A DNA stretch of 64,000 nucleotides, taken from the NCBI RefSeq assembly GCF_009914755.1, contig NC_060933.1. One strand, 5' to 3'. The notes below the pieces were generated by a model. That model did not search any database and was not told the origin of the DNA. It saw only the letters and a program-made list of their open reading frames with translations. The position numbers and the translations under genes were made by a program. Origin of the DNA: the human T2T-CHM13v2.0 reference genome, Homo sapiens. Position 1 is the stretch's first letter. Each line of letters starts with the position of its first letter. Shown here piece after piece: positions 1 through 12,274 of this stretch.

Positions 1-390
1 GAGCTATAAAGCCAGGTGTGGGGTGTGATTTGTTTCTGGAGGGCAGCTCTAAATCACAAGAACATAAAGAAAGGGAGAGAGAACAAGAGCTAGAGATAGA
101 GCAGCCTTGCTGTTTTGTCCATGAAAGGAAATGCTACATGTCAGAGGAAGAGCTGCTGGAGAACTCACTAGCAGAGGGAGGAAGCAAGGAGAAGACCTCA
201 TTTTGGGAAGATAATCACAAGAGCTCAGAGCCAATACCATAATTTTTAAACTCAAAAACCAGAACTGTACAGCCTTAAGACTCTGATGCAAATAAGATAT
301 TCAGAGTTAGAGACCCAGCATTATTAAGTAGATGATTATAATGAGAGAGTGTGTTTGAACATTTTTATTATGTTTAAAGATAAGCGATTA

Positions 391-2365
391 CAGACGTCCC
401 ACCTTCTGCATGGTTCTAATGTGTACAAATTTCAGTTACCATAGTTTAGTTAAATAACATCAGTCACCCAACAAAACAACTCAAAGTGCACTTACCACTG
501 TATATTAATGGTGAGTAATCACATAAAATACAAACTTTGCGCTAAACTAAGCCCACAAATCACCATATCAGTAACAGATGGGCATCATGATCAGTAACCA
601 ATCACATCACTTCTTTTAAAGTCTGTCAGTGACTGGTCACCAGGCATCTGTTATTCAGTTCAGGTACAGACAATAAAGCATAGAGTTGTATCGCCTTCTC
701 GTCCCCAGTGATAAATTCATATAAAAGTTTACAACAAATCTGAAAGTGCAGCAAAGAAATGAAAAGTGGTAATGCAGAAAATTGAAATTGGTGTGATGAG
801 AAGATTTGAAAATGGCAACATCAAAGCAAAGATAGGACAATAACTAGGCCTTCAGGAAGCTAGGGTATGAACTATGCCGACAAAGTTCGCTGAATATAAA
901 AAATGAGGTAAAGCAGCTTCAACATATTTTAGCTTAAATTGCAGTAGGAAGAGAAAGCCACATGTGGTTGAAATGGAGTGCTTACTTCTGCTTTTGTGTC
1001 CGCAATTGGTTCCTTCCAGTGGGTTCTTGGTCTCACTGACTTCAAGAATGAAGCCGTGGACTCTGCGGTGAGTGTTACAGTTCTTAAAGATGTCGTGTCT
1101 GGAGTTTGTTCCTTCAGATGTTCAGATGTGTCTGGAGTTTCTTCTTTCTGATGGGTTCGTGGTCTATGCTGACTTCATGAGTAAAGCTGCAGACCTTAGC
1201 AGTGAGTGTTACAACTCTTAAAGGTGGTGCGGACCCAGAGAATGACCAGCAGCGAGATTTATTGCTAAGAGCGAAAGAACAAAACTTCTACACCCTGGAA
1301 GGGGACCCGAGGAGGTTGCCACTGGTGGCTGGGATGACCTGCTTTTTATTCCTTTATTTGGTCCCGCTCACATCCTGCTGATTGGTCCATTTTACAGAGA
1401 GCTGATTGGTCCATTTTACAGAGAGCCGAATGGTCCATTTTTACAAGTGCTGATTGGTGTGTTTACAAACCTTTAGCTAGACACAGAGCGCTGATTGGTG
1501 CGTTTTTACAGAGTGCTGATTGGTGCATTTACAAACCTTTAACTAGACACAGAGCGCTGACTGGTGCATTTACAATCCTTTAGCTAGACAGAAAAGTTCT
1601 CCAGGTCCCCACCTGATTAGCTAGACACAGAGCACTGATTGGTGCGTTTTTACAGAGTGCTGATTGGTGCGTTTACAAACCTTTAACTAGACACAGAGCA
1701 CTGATTGGTGCATTTACAATCCTTTAGCTAGACAGAAAAGTTCTCCAGGTCCCCACCGGATTAGCTAGACACAGAGCACTGATTGGTGAGTCTACGAACC
1801 TTTAGCTAGACACAGAGCGCTGATTGGTGCATTTACAATCCTTTAGCTAGACAGAAAAGTTCTCCAAGTCCCCACCCGACCCAGAAGTCCAGTCAGCTTC
1901 ACCTCTCACTTTGAATCAAGGGCTACAATAAAACATAATCTCAATCAGTTCAGCTAGCATCCCAAAGTGTGATCATTGCCATGCTGAAAGAAAACAGTGA
2001 TTCTAAGGAAGCCAAAGAAACTTCTACTGCCAATAAAGACTGGTTTCATCATTTCAGATGCCAGAATGAATGATTTACAGTAAGCTATCTGATTAAGTAG
2101 CTGGTGAAAATAAGTTTTCTGCCGTGAAATTTGAAACAAGATTTCAAGAATTAGTTAAGGAAAGTAGGTTATGATGCTCTCAAACAAGAGAGTGGCTATG
2201 ACAAAAGCACAAAGATGTCCCAGAGAAAGGGATGCTGGCAAAAATGTCAGGTTAAAGAAACTCTCAAAGATATTTCACAACCTTGAAAGTGCAGAGGATA
2301 AAATGTTAAAAGTGAATCCAAACTTGAAAGGATGGTGACAATTTGCCAAGGAATAAAAAAGGATG
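391..2365 (+). mobile_element. Tigger13-like TcMar-Tigger DNA transposon fossil, split by an LTR12 insertion
   Basis: Begins TA|CAGACGTCCC. Positions 748-994 translate to a decayed CENP-B/psq HTH (K*KVVMQKIEIGVMRRFENG..KAKIG..LGL...VEMECLLLL). After the LTR the frame gives TANKDWFHHF, resembling the Tigger ASKGWF motif. Confidence 0.75.
995..1908 (-). mobile_element. LTR12-family (ERV9) solo LTR
   Basis: Minus strand begins TGAGAGGTGAAGC...GGGGACTTGGAGAACTTTTCTGTCTAGCTAAAGG; TG...CA termini; 4-bp TSD CTTT (991-994 and 1909-1912); ten CTGATTGG (CCAAT) units. Confidence 0.93.
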
Positions 2366-2384
2366 AAATACCGGGAAGGGCTAC

Positions 2385-3400
2385 AACGTGGAGAAACCTT
2401 GAAACATTATGCAAAGCCAGTCATAAAAGACCACTTACTATCTGATTCCATTTATATGAAATGTCCAGAATAGGCAAATCTATATAGATACAGAAAGTAG
2501 ATTAATGGTTGTCTAGGGCTGAGGAGGGTATGATGAGAGGGTAGGAGGGTGATAGATAAAGGGTCTGAGATTTAAACTGTCTGTTTAACATTATCAGAGA
2601 GCTGTCAAAAATATCCAGAATTTGAAAGGCTAAGATTCCAAAGAAAAAAGAAGCTGACTAAGTGAGTCCAATATTCTTTATACCTCTTTCGCCCTCAAGG
2701 CATTAATGACTCCTAGGGTGGCCGGGGTTGTAGGGGGTCAGGGAGTAGGGTTGCTGAGAAGGCAGGCAGAGAATGAATGCTAAGAGGCAAAGAAGCTGGC
2801 AATCTTGTGGAGCTGGGTTGGAGCCTGCCAAGACAGCCAGGACCTAAATAGCCAAGATTCCTGAAGAGAGGAGGCCTGGGGAAGACAGCCTGATACTCAG
2901 TAACTTTCCCTTCAACACTGAAAAAATAGGAATAATTATCTAGCAAGACCAATAAAAAAAGAGAAATCAAGCACAAATTACATAAGTAAGGGAACAAAAA
3001 TGGCCTCACTACAAAAATGGCCTACACCCCACAAACATCAAAGAGTTACTAATGGGATATTAGAACAACCCTAGGCCAATAAATTTGGAAAATTAGATGA
3101 AATGGACAAACTCCTGGAAAAATAAAACTTATTAAAACTGCCTCAGAAAGATCAGAAAATCTGAATGGTGCTTTAGCTATTAAAGAAACTGAATCTATCA
3201 TTTTAAGTCTTTCCACAAAGGAATCTCCAGATCCAGTTGGTTGTACTGATGAATTCTTCCACTGAGGAAGAAGAAAGACTAATACTAAGAAACTTCTCTC
3301 AGAGAAAACAATCTATAAATAAGGGAATTGATCAAGTTTACTAGTAAACAAGATCAATATACAACAAAACACCAAAAATAAACTACTAAAAATGAAATTT
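2385..3400 (+). mobile_element. Old L1M fragments (3'UTR and ORF2 pieces)
   Basis: TTCCATTTATATGAAATGTCCAGAATAGGCAAATC (L1MB/MC 3' end) and GATGAAATGGACAAACTCCTGGAAA (ORF2-like). Confidence 0.65.
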
Positions 3401-3402
3401 GA

Positions 3403-3673
3403 GGCCGGGCATGGTGGCTTACGCCTATAATCCTAGCACTTTGAGAGGCCAAGGCAGGTGGATTGCTTCAGCTCAGGAATTCAAGACTAGCATGGGCAAC
3501 GTGGCAAGACCCCATCTCTACAAAAAATACAAAAATTAGCCAGGCATGGTGGTGCATGCCTGTAGTTCCAGCTACTTGGGAGGCTGAGGCAGGAGGATGG
3601 CTTGAGCCCAAGAGGTGAGGTTACAGTGAGCCAAGATCGTGCCACTGCACTCCAGCCTGGACAACAGAGTGAA
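3403..3673 (+). mobile_element. AluJ-type SINE without a tail
   Basis: Dimeric Alu with GGATTGCTT/AGGATGGCTTGAGCCC J-type diagnostics. Confidence 0.9.
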
Positions 3674-4214
3674 AATGATATGATAGTGGCTCTCATCTGC
3701 TCCCCGCACCCGACCACTGGGGCAGATTTTAATTTTTTAAAAATAATCATCTGATGCTGAATTTAAAACTTTGGAGGGAATCAAAAGAGAAGGTCTTGCA
3801 CTCCTGTTATCCAAGAGACATAAATACATGTGTGTTTTCCTTTTAGGCCGAAAACAAGAACAACATTCCTGGCATTCAACTACAAGGAAGCCCAATACCC
3901 CGGGTGCCATAAGACTTCCAGTATGCCTGCCTGAGCTTTGAAAGAGAGGAGAGGAAGCCAAGTCATCCAGCAGATCGGACCCACAAGCTCATCCTCTAGT
4001 TTTTTTCAAGGGGCACCATTCCTGTAAGAAAAGCTTTCTTGGGCTTGGCTGTAGAATCTTCCAGAAATGTAAACAAAAGAGTAAGAGCCAAAGACGAAGA
4101 ACCCTGGCTGGTGAGAGTCAGAGGGCCAGAATTCAGTGTAAAGCCCGCTCTAAAGACTGTTAACACTTCCTTTCCACCACTGCATCGATGATTGTTTGAA
4201 AAAGTGATTGTTTG

Positions 4215-4623
4215 TGATAGACTGGATTAAGAAAATGTGGCACATATACACCATGGAATACTATGCAGCCATAAAAAATGATGAGTTCATGTCCTTTGTA
4301 GGGACATGGATGAAATTGGAAATATTATTCTCAGTAAACTATCGCAAGGACAAAAAACCAAACACCGGATGTTCTCACTCATAGGTGGGAATTGAATAAT
4401 GAGAACACGTGGACACAGGAAGGGGAACATCACACTCTGGGGACTGTTGTGGGGTGGGGGGAGAGGGAAGGGATAGCATTAGGAGATATACCTAATGCTA
4501 AATGACGAGTTAATGGGTGCAGCACACCAGCATGGCACATGTATACATATGTAACTAACCTGCACATTGTGCACATGTACCCTAAAACTTAAAGTATAAT
4601 AATAATAAAATAAAATAAAATAA
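4215..4623 (+). mobile_element. 5'-truncated young L1 (L1PA3-like), about 410 bp
   Basis: L1PA 3'UTR with GCTAAATGACGAGTTAATGGG, an A-rich tail and a perfect 17-bp TSD GAAAAAGTGATTGTTTG (4198-4214 and 4624-4640). Confidence 0.93.
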
Positions 4624-5268
4624 GAAAAAGTGATTGTTTGAACAAGTGTATCAATGATTGAACAAGTATAAAAAAGGTTTATTATGCCTTTAATAAAAAG
4701 GAACATATACATATCAATCTAAAAGACCTCTAAGGTCTCAAAATATAAATGGGCAACAAAACTGGACAGAATTTACAGAAAAAATGTCTAATAAAAATAC
4801 AAATGTCTAGTAACCATGTGAAAAGCGTTTGCCTGGAGTAGAAATCAAAATTAAAATGAATTACCAGTTTTTGCCAAACATATTACCAGAGATGTTTTTA
4901 ATAAACATTTTCCAAAAAAAAAAGAGTGACATGGGCACCCTCATGTCTGATGATGGGAGTATATTAATACATCTTCAAAATCTATAAAATGTTAACAGAT
5001 AAGAGATACTGACAGGGCTGATTCTAACCTAAATACTACAAAGAAACATATGCTGTGGGTATGGAGTGAGAGTTAATATGTCCCGGCCCACCTCATGTCT
5101 AAATATGCTGAAACAGCTTCTATTTAAAATAAGTGCTGTCCTCCAGCTGTAGCAAATAGGAAGACAAGTATCTTCATGCTGTTGACCTGGTTTTCCTATC
5201 GTGATTCACGAATGACTTTAAGAAAGAGCTAAATCAACTGGCAAACTACATTAGAAAGAAGAATTTAG

Positions 5269-5791
5269 GGCCAGGTGTGGTGGCACATGTCTGTATTCCC
5301 AGTACTTTGGGAAGCCAAGTTGGGCGGATTGCTTGAAGCCAGGCGTTTGAGACCAGCCTGGCCAACATGGCGAAACCCTGTCTCTACTAAAAATGCAAAA
5401 CAGGCCAGGCACGGTGGCTCATGCCTGTAATCCCAGCACTTTGGGAGGCCAAGGCGGGCAGATCACCTGAGGTTAGGAGTTTCAAGACCAGCCTGCCTAA
5501 CATGGTGAAACCCTGTCTCTACTAAAAATACAAAAATTAGCCAGGCATGGTGGCAGGTGCCTGTAGTCCCAGCTACTCACAAGACTGAGGCAGGAGAATC
5601 ACTTGAACCCAGGAAGCGGAGGTTGCAGTGAGCCCAGATCATACCACTACACTCCAGCCTGGGTGACAGAGCAAGATTCCGTCTCAAAAAATAATAATAA
5701 ATAAATAAATAAATAAAAATACAAAAGTTATCCATGTGTGCACTCCAGCCTGGGTGTCAGAGAAAGATTCTGTCTCAAAAAAAAAAAAAAA
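5269..5791 (+). mobile_element. AluS (5403-5713) nested in the A-rich linker of an older Alu whose right arm is internally deleted
   Basis: Left arm 5269-5400, full inner Alu, TSD TAAAAAT(G/A)CAAAA, then a shortened right arm with poly(A). Confidence 0.88.
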
Positions 5792-5850
5792 GAGTTGAGG
5801 TAGAACACATTCAGATTGACAGTATATTCCTGATATATCCCTCCAGTAAT

Positions 5851-5878
<28 letters not shown>
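5851..5878. repeat. (CA)n microsatellite
   Basis: Direct AC run. Confidence 0.95.
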
Positions 5879-5883
<5 letters not shown>

Positions 5884-7182
5884 CTCACACATGCACACTT
5901 GCTTCATGAAATTCTTTTTTATCTTTATGCCTTTTCAAAACATACCTCCTTTCAATCCCCTAACTTCTGTTTAACCACTTTCCCCTCTCTACCAGCCAGT
6001 TTTCCTCTGTCTGACCTTAAATACCCCAAATGCTTTACATCCTTGGCTTTCTTCTCTTTCGGTCTTACACCTTCTTGATGAATGTGAGATTCTCAGACTC
6101 TGCTATTGCTTCAAGAACCCTTATCTCTATGCAATTTCCAAATCCATACCTCCAACTCTGTATGAACTTCCCTCACAGATACTAGATCAATATTTCTTGT
6201 TTTGACTTTAAATACACACCTAAAATGAAATTTTCCTTTCTTACCCCCATCTCAACTTCTTTCTGTCCTATATTTATTTATTCACTTGTTTATTCACTCA
6301 TTCCACAAATAGCTAACAAGTACCAGGCATTATTACTGCCTGGTACTTACTATTGACCACTTGTTCTTCCAAATAGACATGTAAGAATCAACCTTCATTC
6401 TCCTCAGTCCTTTACTTGCTCAGGTCAACTGTGTGTACTAACTCACACAGGTGCCTTAGATTCAGCCCTTTTCTTCATCCCCACTAACATTTCAGCCCTA
6501 GCCCTCATCCTCTCTCACCGGGATGCCTGCAGCAACTCCTATATATTTTCCCTACCAGTAAAGTCAGTCCATCTTACACACAGTTGGCAGAATTATCTTC
6601 CTAAAAAGTAAATTGGACCATGTCACTTCCAGTTCTGAAAAGCCTTTCACAGCCCATAGCAATGGTGGGATCTGTGTATCAACCACATAAGAATCAGGCC
6701 GGGGAGCTCCTTAAGCTATTGCTTGCTGAGCCCCAGACCTACTGCAACCATCTCCTTGGAGAGAAGACTTAGGAATTCCCTTTTTTAATGAGCTCCCCAG
6801 GTGATTCTTGTACCCATGAAAGGTAGAGAGCCATGGGCCTGCAGGAGAGAATCCAAGTTCCTTAGGCAGAAATACAAGGTCCTTCACTCCCTCGGCCCAA
6901 CTGGTCTCAGTTCCCTCCACTCTATACCGTTCACCCTACACACCAGTCACACTGAATTTCTCACTGTTGTCTGGACACTTTGGTTCCTCCACACCTCCAT
7001 GCCTGTCTCTATACCCCGCTTCCCTGCCTTCCCCTCCACCTAGTAAAACCCTGATCCCCCTTCCTCTGAGAATCCTTCCCTGACCAACACTTGCTGCCCC
7101 ACCAGAGATGTCTGCTGCCCCATCAGACTTGTACCATATGTATTATATATGACATAATATTCTATATATTATATAGAATAGA

Positions 7183-7431
7183 GAGAGATTCATATTGGTT
7201 CTGTTTCTCTGGAAACCAATAAATATGTATTATTTAGACATACATAATAGAAGATATTCTCTCTCCCTCTGGAGAGATTTACTTTAGCATTTATTATAAT
7301 GAATTGACTCATGTGATTATGGAGGCTGAGAAATCCCAAGATCTGCAGTTGGCAAGCTGGAGACCCAGGAGAGCTGATGTGTGGTTCCTGTCCAAATCTG
7401 AAAAAGGCCTGAGAACCAGGAGATTTTATAC

Positions 7432-7506
<75 letters not shown>

Positions 7507-7561
7507 TATATATATACACATACACACACATCTGTTTCTCTGGAGAACTTTGACTAATACA
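7183..7561. mobile_element. Rearranged MLT2 (ERVL) LTR with an internal CA/TA microsatellite (7429-7531)
   Basis: MLT2 3' terminus TCTGTTTCTCTGGAGAACTTTGACTAATACA in + orientation, while the body (7270-7425) is in - orientation. Confidence 0.75.
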
Positions 7562-7829
7562 GTCACAAAGCAGCCATTTGAAAAATGTTTCTATATTTGT
7601 TCCATTGAAAACACTGTCCATTAGCAAACAATAGGTGTCTGAAAAAAAGAGAAAAGAAAACCCTGTCCATTATGTTAAGTGCTCCACTGAAACAGTCATA
7701 GACACAACTTGGATGCCTGCTCACACCCGAATATGTACACCTCTTGTCCCCACCACTTCCCTGACATCCATACTTAAGGATCTACCTGACCACTGTCCAC
7801 TTGACATCTCAATGAGTTATCTCTTTTAT

Positions 7830-8130
7830 TTATTTATTTATTTTGAGACAGGGTGTCACTCTGTTGCCCAGGCTAGAGGGCAGTGATGTGATCATGGCTC
7901 ACTACAGCCTCTTCCCCCCAGGCTCAAGCGATCCTCCCACCTCAGCCTCTCCAGCAGTTGGGACCGTAAGTGCATGCCGCCACACCCAGCTAAGTTTTTG
8001 TATTTCTTGTGGTAGAGACTGGGTTTCACCATGTTGTCCAGGCTAGTCTCAAACTCCTGAGCTCAAGCGACTCACCTGCCTCAGTCTCCCAAAGTGCTGA
8101 GATTACAGGTGTAAACCACCACACCTGGTC
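7830..8130 (-). mobile_element. AluJ
   Basis: Reverse-strand dimeric Alu inserted in L2 sequence. Confidence 0.9.
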
Positions 8131-9281
8131 CAAGTTATCTCTTAAGTAGCTCAAATTAAACATGTCCAAAACAGAATTCCTGATTTTGCTCCCCAAACCA
8201 GCCCAGTCTTCACCATCTCAAAAGATGGATCATCATTCATCTATTGTCTCGAGCCAAAAACCTAGAGCAATCTCAATTCCTCTCTTTCTCTTCTTTCCTT
8301 CATGCAGCAAATCAGCAAGTCTTGTTGATACTACTTCCAATACTGAACACTTAACACAACTCCACCAGCTTTATCCTGGATAAAGCCACTGTCATCTCTC
8401 ACTGAGACTTCTGCAATAGTCTCCCAGTTGGCATCCCTGCTTCCACTCTTGCTCCCTGACATCCATTCTCCAGACAGTAGCCAGAGGAAATTAGAATTAG
8501 GCATTCAAATATACAACATTGCTCCTTGATTAAAATTTCCACTGGTTCCCAATCTCTCTTGGGGGAAAAATCCAAATCTCTACAAAGCCATACATGGCTA
8601 CCTTCTCTAACCTCATCTCCTACCAGGCCTCTGCCACTCCCCACCACCACCACCACTGTATCCCCTACTCTGTACAAGTCCTCTCCAGTCCAACTGGCTG
8701 TTTCTCAAATATACCAAGTTTTTCCTACCTCTGGGTCTTGGAGCTTCCTTTTCCTTCTCCCGAAATGCTCTTTGGATAAAGACTGGGCTGGTCTGGGGAG
8801 CAAAATCAGGACTTCTGTTTTGGACATGTTTAATTTGAGCTACTTAAGAGATAACTTGGGTCAGGTGTGGTGGCTCACACCTGTAATCCCAGCACTTTGG
8901 AGACCGAGGCAGGTGGAATGCTTGAGCTCAGGAGTTTGAGACTAGCCTGGGCAACATGGTGAAACCCAGTCTCTACCACAACAAATACTAAAAGTTGGCT
9001 GGGCCTGGTAGCTGGGCTCCCTCTCACCATTCAGCTGTCTGCTCAAATGTCAGCTACTCAGACATCTTCCCCCGCCTTCCCAACACTCTCTATCTCATTC
9101 ATCCACTTCATTTGCCTTCAGGGCACTCATCACTACCAGGAATTACTTACTTTACTGACTTTATTGACTCTCTCTCCCCACTAAAATATAAACCCTATGA
9201 AGACAGAGAATTTATCTTGTACACCTTCATATCCATGGTGCCTGGAACACAGTATGTACACAACACATAAATCAATGAATG
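8131..9281 (+). mobile_element. L2 3' portion, interrupted by an inverted duplication at 8779-9003
   Basis: L2 motifs AACATGTCCAAAACAGAATTCCTG, GCTCAAATGTCA and the terminal ATAAATCAATGAATG. Confidence 0.7.
8779..9003. repeat. Inverted duplicate of 7985-8210 (L2 piece plus Alu left arm)
   Basis: Reverse complement aligns over about 225 bp at roughly 92% by hand count, including the L2/Alu junction. Confidence 0.92.
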
Positions 9282-9409
9282 CTCTGAGAGTACTGTTGTT
9301 TTTAATACTCTGAGTACCATTGTTTTTAATGCTCTGAGAGTACCATTTAATGCTCTGAGAGTACCATTTTGCGGAGACACTTACCTATTCCAGTGCAGGA
9401 ATAGGTAAG
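9278..9409. repeat. Dispersed copy of the minisatellite at 10966-11089, ending in a 12-bp perfect hairpin
   Basis: Same 26/24/21/22-bp unit order and the same unique tail GAGACACTTACCTATTCCAGTGCAGGA. Confidence 0.92.
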
Positions 9410-10894
9410 AAAATCATGGAATGTATAAGGAAATTATGTAACTCATCATGTTTCTCCTTTGTCTTAACTTCCAGGAAGCTCAGTCTTAAATTTTGTACTG
9501 AAGCCTAACAATTTACCTTACATTGGGTTTCCTTTTTAATTATCTACTCATTATATGACTTTTGATCTTGTATCATTATTGTAACATTTATACAGCTATC
9601 TTTTATTGTAAAGCACCTCAATTCCTTCATGTGGGCAGGCTGTAAAAATTAATACATACCAGTCCTCTGTTCTTTTATTGATTCACGTATGTTAATATTG
9701 TCTCTCTAACATGATTATAAGCTTCTTGAAAGCAGCCCAATAGATTTTATCCTTTTATATGCCCTCAAAACACATATTACATTCATTTAATAACATTCAT
9801 CATTTACCAATTTCTTCATTGATTTGTTGATTGATCAATAGCATAACCCCAGGTGGTACAGGTGAATAATTCAGGGTCTAAAGAAAATTGTCATCACCCT
9901 TTGAAAATTTGGACACATTTATTAAAAGTGAGAGGGCAGGAGTTATCTACATCAAAAAGACAACTTGCCTTGGTGAGTTGGATGGGGAGGACATGCAGGT
10001 ACAGCTAAGCCCGATGCAAAGGTTAGCAGCAGAGAACCTAGAAGGGGTAAAATATTCTACAAGAAAATGGTCCTGGAAAAACTGCTGGAGAGAAAGTGAA
10101 ATGAAGGGAGCAAAGTCATGCCTGAAAAAAGATGAAGATACTGATCCACCTCTTGCTGGAGAAATAATGAAGAAGTCTTGGCTGAGTAGATGGGATTGAG
10201 GGGAGATGGGATAAATTTGGGATTAAAGGACAGGTGCAGGAGAAGGCTTTGTCATTAACACTGAATGACGACTACCTGGAGGTCGTCCCTTTATCCACCT
10301 GTGGGGCCCAGATCGAGGTTACAGCAGAAAAGACAGGAAGAGAGGGAGAGGTGAGTTCTGATAGAAACCTGGCAGGAATGCTTTCTCACTAATAACTTTT
10401 GACATTCAGCAAAACTCCCAGCAGTGATTTTAAAGACCAGCACTAACCAGGAAGGCCAGCAGGCAGAAGCGGATGCTCGCATGGTGGATGGAGCAGTTGT
10501 CCCCATCAGCATCTTTCCAGCTGGCTGGGCACTACATGTCCTCACAAAACTCTTTGCAGCGGCTTCAGTGCTAGACATGTGGAAGGCTCGGAGTTTCTGT
10601 AGGAGTTCCCCCACCTCCAGAGCCCCCTTGAATCCACAATTTGCATTCCTCACACCAGGAGAGGGCCTGGAAAAGGCCCTTCACAGCAGGCAGCACACAT
10701 CCAGTCTCCATTTCAGCACCCAGAGCCTTCTAATGGGCACTTCGCTGAGACCTTAATGTCTGCATAAGGGCCCAGAAATAGCAGAACTTTCATCTGAAAT
10801 AGTGAACTTTCATCTGAAAATCATGGCAAATAACTGCAGAGTCAGAGTGACTTATATAATATGCCAGGCATTTATTGTTGTTGTCATTGTTTTT

Positions 10895-11058
10895 AATGTT
10901 CTGAGAGTACCGTTGTTCTTAATGCTCTGAGTACCGCTGTTTTTAATGCTCTGAGAGTACCATTTAATGCTCTGAGAGTACCGTTGTTCTTAATACTCTG
11001 AGTACCATTGTTTTTAATGCTCTGAGAGTACCGTTTAATGCTCTGAGAGTACCGTTTT
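10895..11058. repeat. Minisatellite with core AATGCTCTGAGAGTACC, 7 units, 71-bp higher-order period
   Basis: Unit lengths 26, 24, 21, 26, 24, 21, 22 bp read directly from the sequence. Confidence 0.93.
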
Positions 11059-11429
11059 GCTGAGACACTTACCTATTCCAGTGCAGGAAATAGATGATAA
11101 GGCCAATTTCAACACTGGAGAGAGAGCAGTTTTGCTCAAAGGACTTTTGCCCTAACAAAGAACCAGATCTACACTGGCATCTTCAGAACCCCTCATGAGC
11201 ATTTGTTAAGTGATGCATTAGTTATCCCACCAAGAGGGCAGGTACACTGATGCACAAGGTAAGAGGTCACTCATGAATCTAATCAGTGTAGGCAAGCAAA
11301 ATGGAATACATTCATAACAAATCTTGGACAAAATGGCCCACTAATGGCTTCCCCCCTTCTCTATACCTGTGGAGGACAGCTGTATCCATCCAAGATCCTC
11401 TCATCATCTAAAGTGTGTGTTCACTGAAA

Positions 11430-11635
11430 ACTTACTATGTTCCATGCATTATGTTTACATCATCATCTCACATAAGCCTCCCAACATCCCTGCAAGGAAA
11501 GTACCAACATTAGCCCATTTCACAAATGAGGAAACTCGTTGAGGTTAAGCCCTCACCTAGTTGGTGGATCCAGCAGCTGGACCCAGGCAGTCTGATTCCA
11601 GAGCTCCCATACTCAGCATCTAAACAACACTGTCT
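11430..11635. mobile_element. MIR SINE
   Basis: CCCATTTCACAAATGAGGAAACT core and CCCAGGCAGTCTGATTCCAGAGC. Confidence 0.75.
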
Positions 11636-12069
11636 GTCTCCCACAGAGCGGCACAGGGCCAATGGGCAGAGACGCCAAAATGAGGCACATCATCCCATGT
11701 AGCCACCTCTGAAGAGCAAGAAATGGCTACAACTGACAAGAAGAAACAGATTTATACATCAGAGACAAAAGAGATAGGCCCTCTTGAATCTCTGAGCATA
11801 ATAACTGAATAAAAGTGGCTTTGTTTGCTTAATTAAACTTCAGCATTTACTGAAATTACAGTAATGCAGCAATCACTTTCACTCTAATCTAGGTTACAGT
11901 ATTTGAAGTTTCCTCCTAAAAAGCAAACATTTGGGCTTAAGAAAATACCTACCAAATGATTTCTGGAGAGGCAAAACATTTGAAAAGACTTTAGCAATTG
12001 ATCTCAATGCAGAGATACTTTTAAAACAAAAACCCTAAGCCCTGGGTCTCAGCTCCCTGCACAAGACCA

Positions 12070-12274
12070 GACATACACATAATCCACATTCATCACACAC
12101 ACACTGCACAAACAATGCACTTACACCACATGCACACACCACACCCATATATACATAGCACATACATACCCAACACACAAACCACATACCCACCACATAG
12201 ACACACATACACCACACACAAGACACCCATGCCATACAAACCACACACACAACACACAATCAACATACACTCAT

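Noticed and set aside
9278-11058. Repeat arrays that look superficially like CRISPR
   Set aside because: The units are tandem with only 3-9 bp of T-rich linker, there are no unique spacers or cas genes, and the context is primate DNA.
11227-11241. CTCF-like CCACCAAGAGGGCAG
   Set aside because: An extra base breaks the core spacing.
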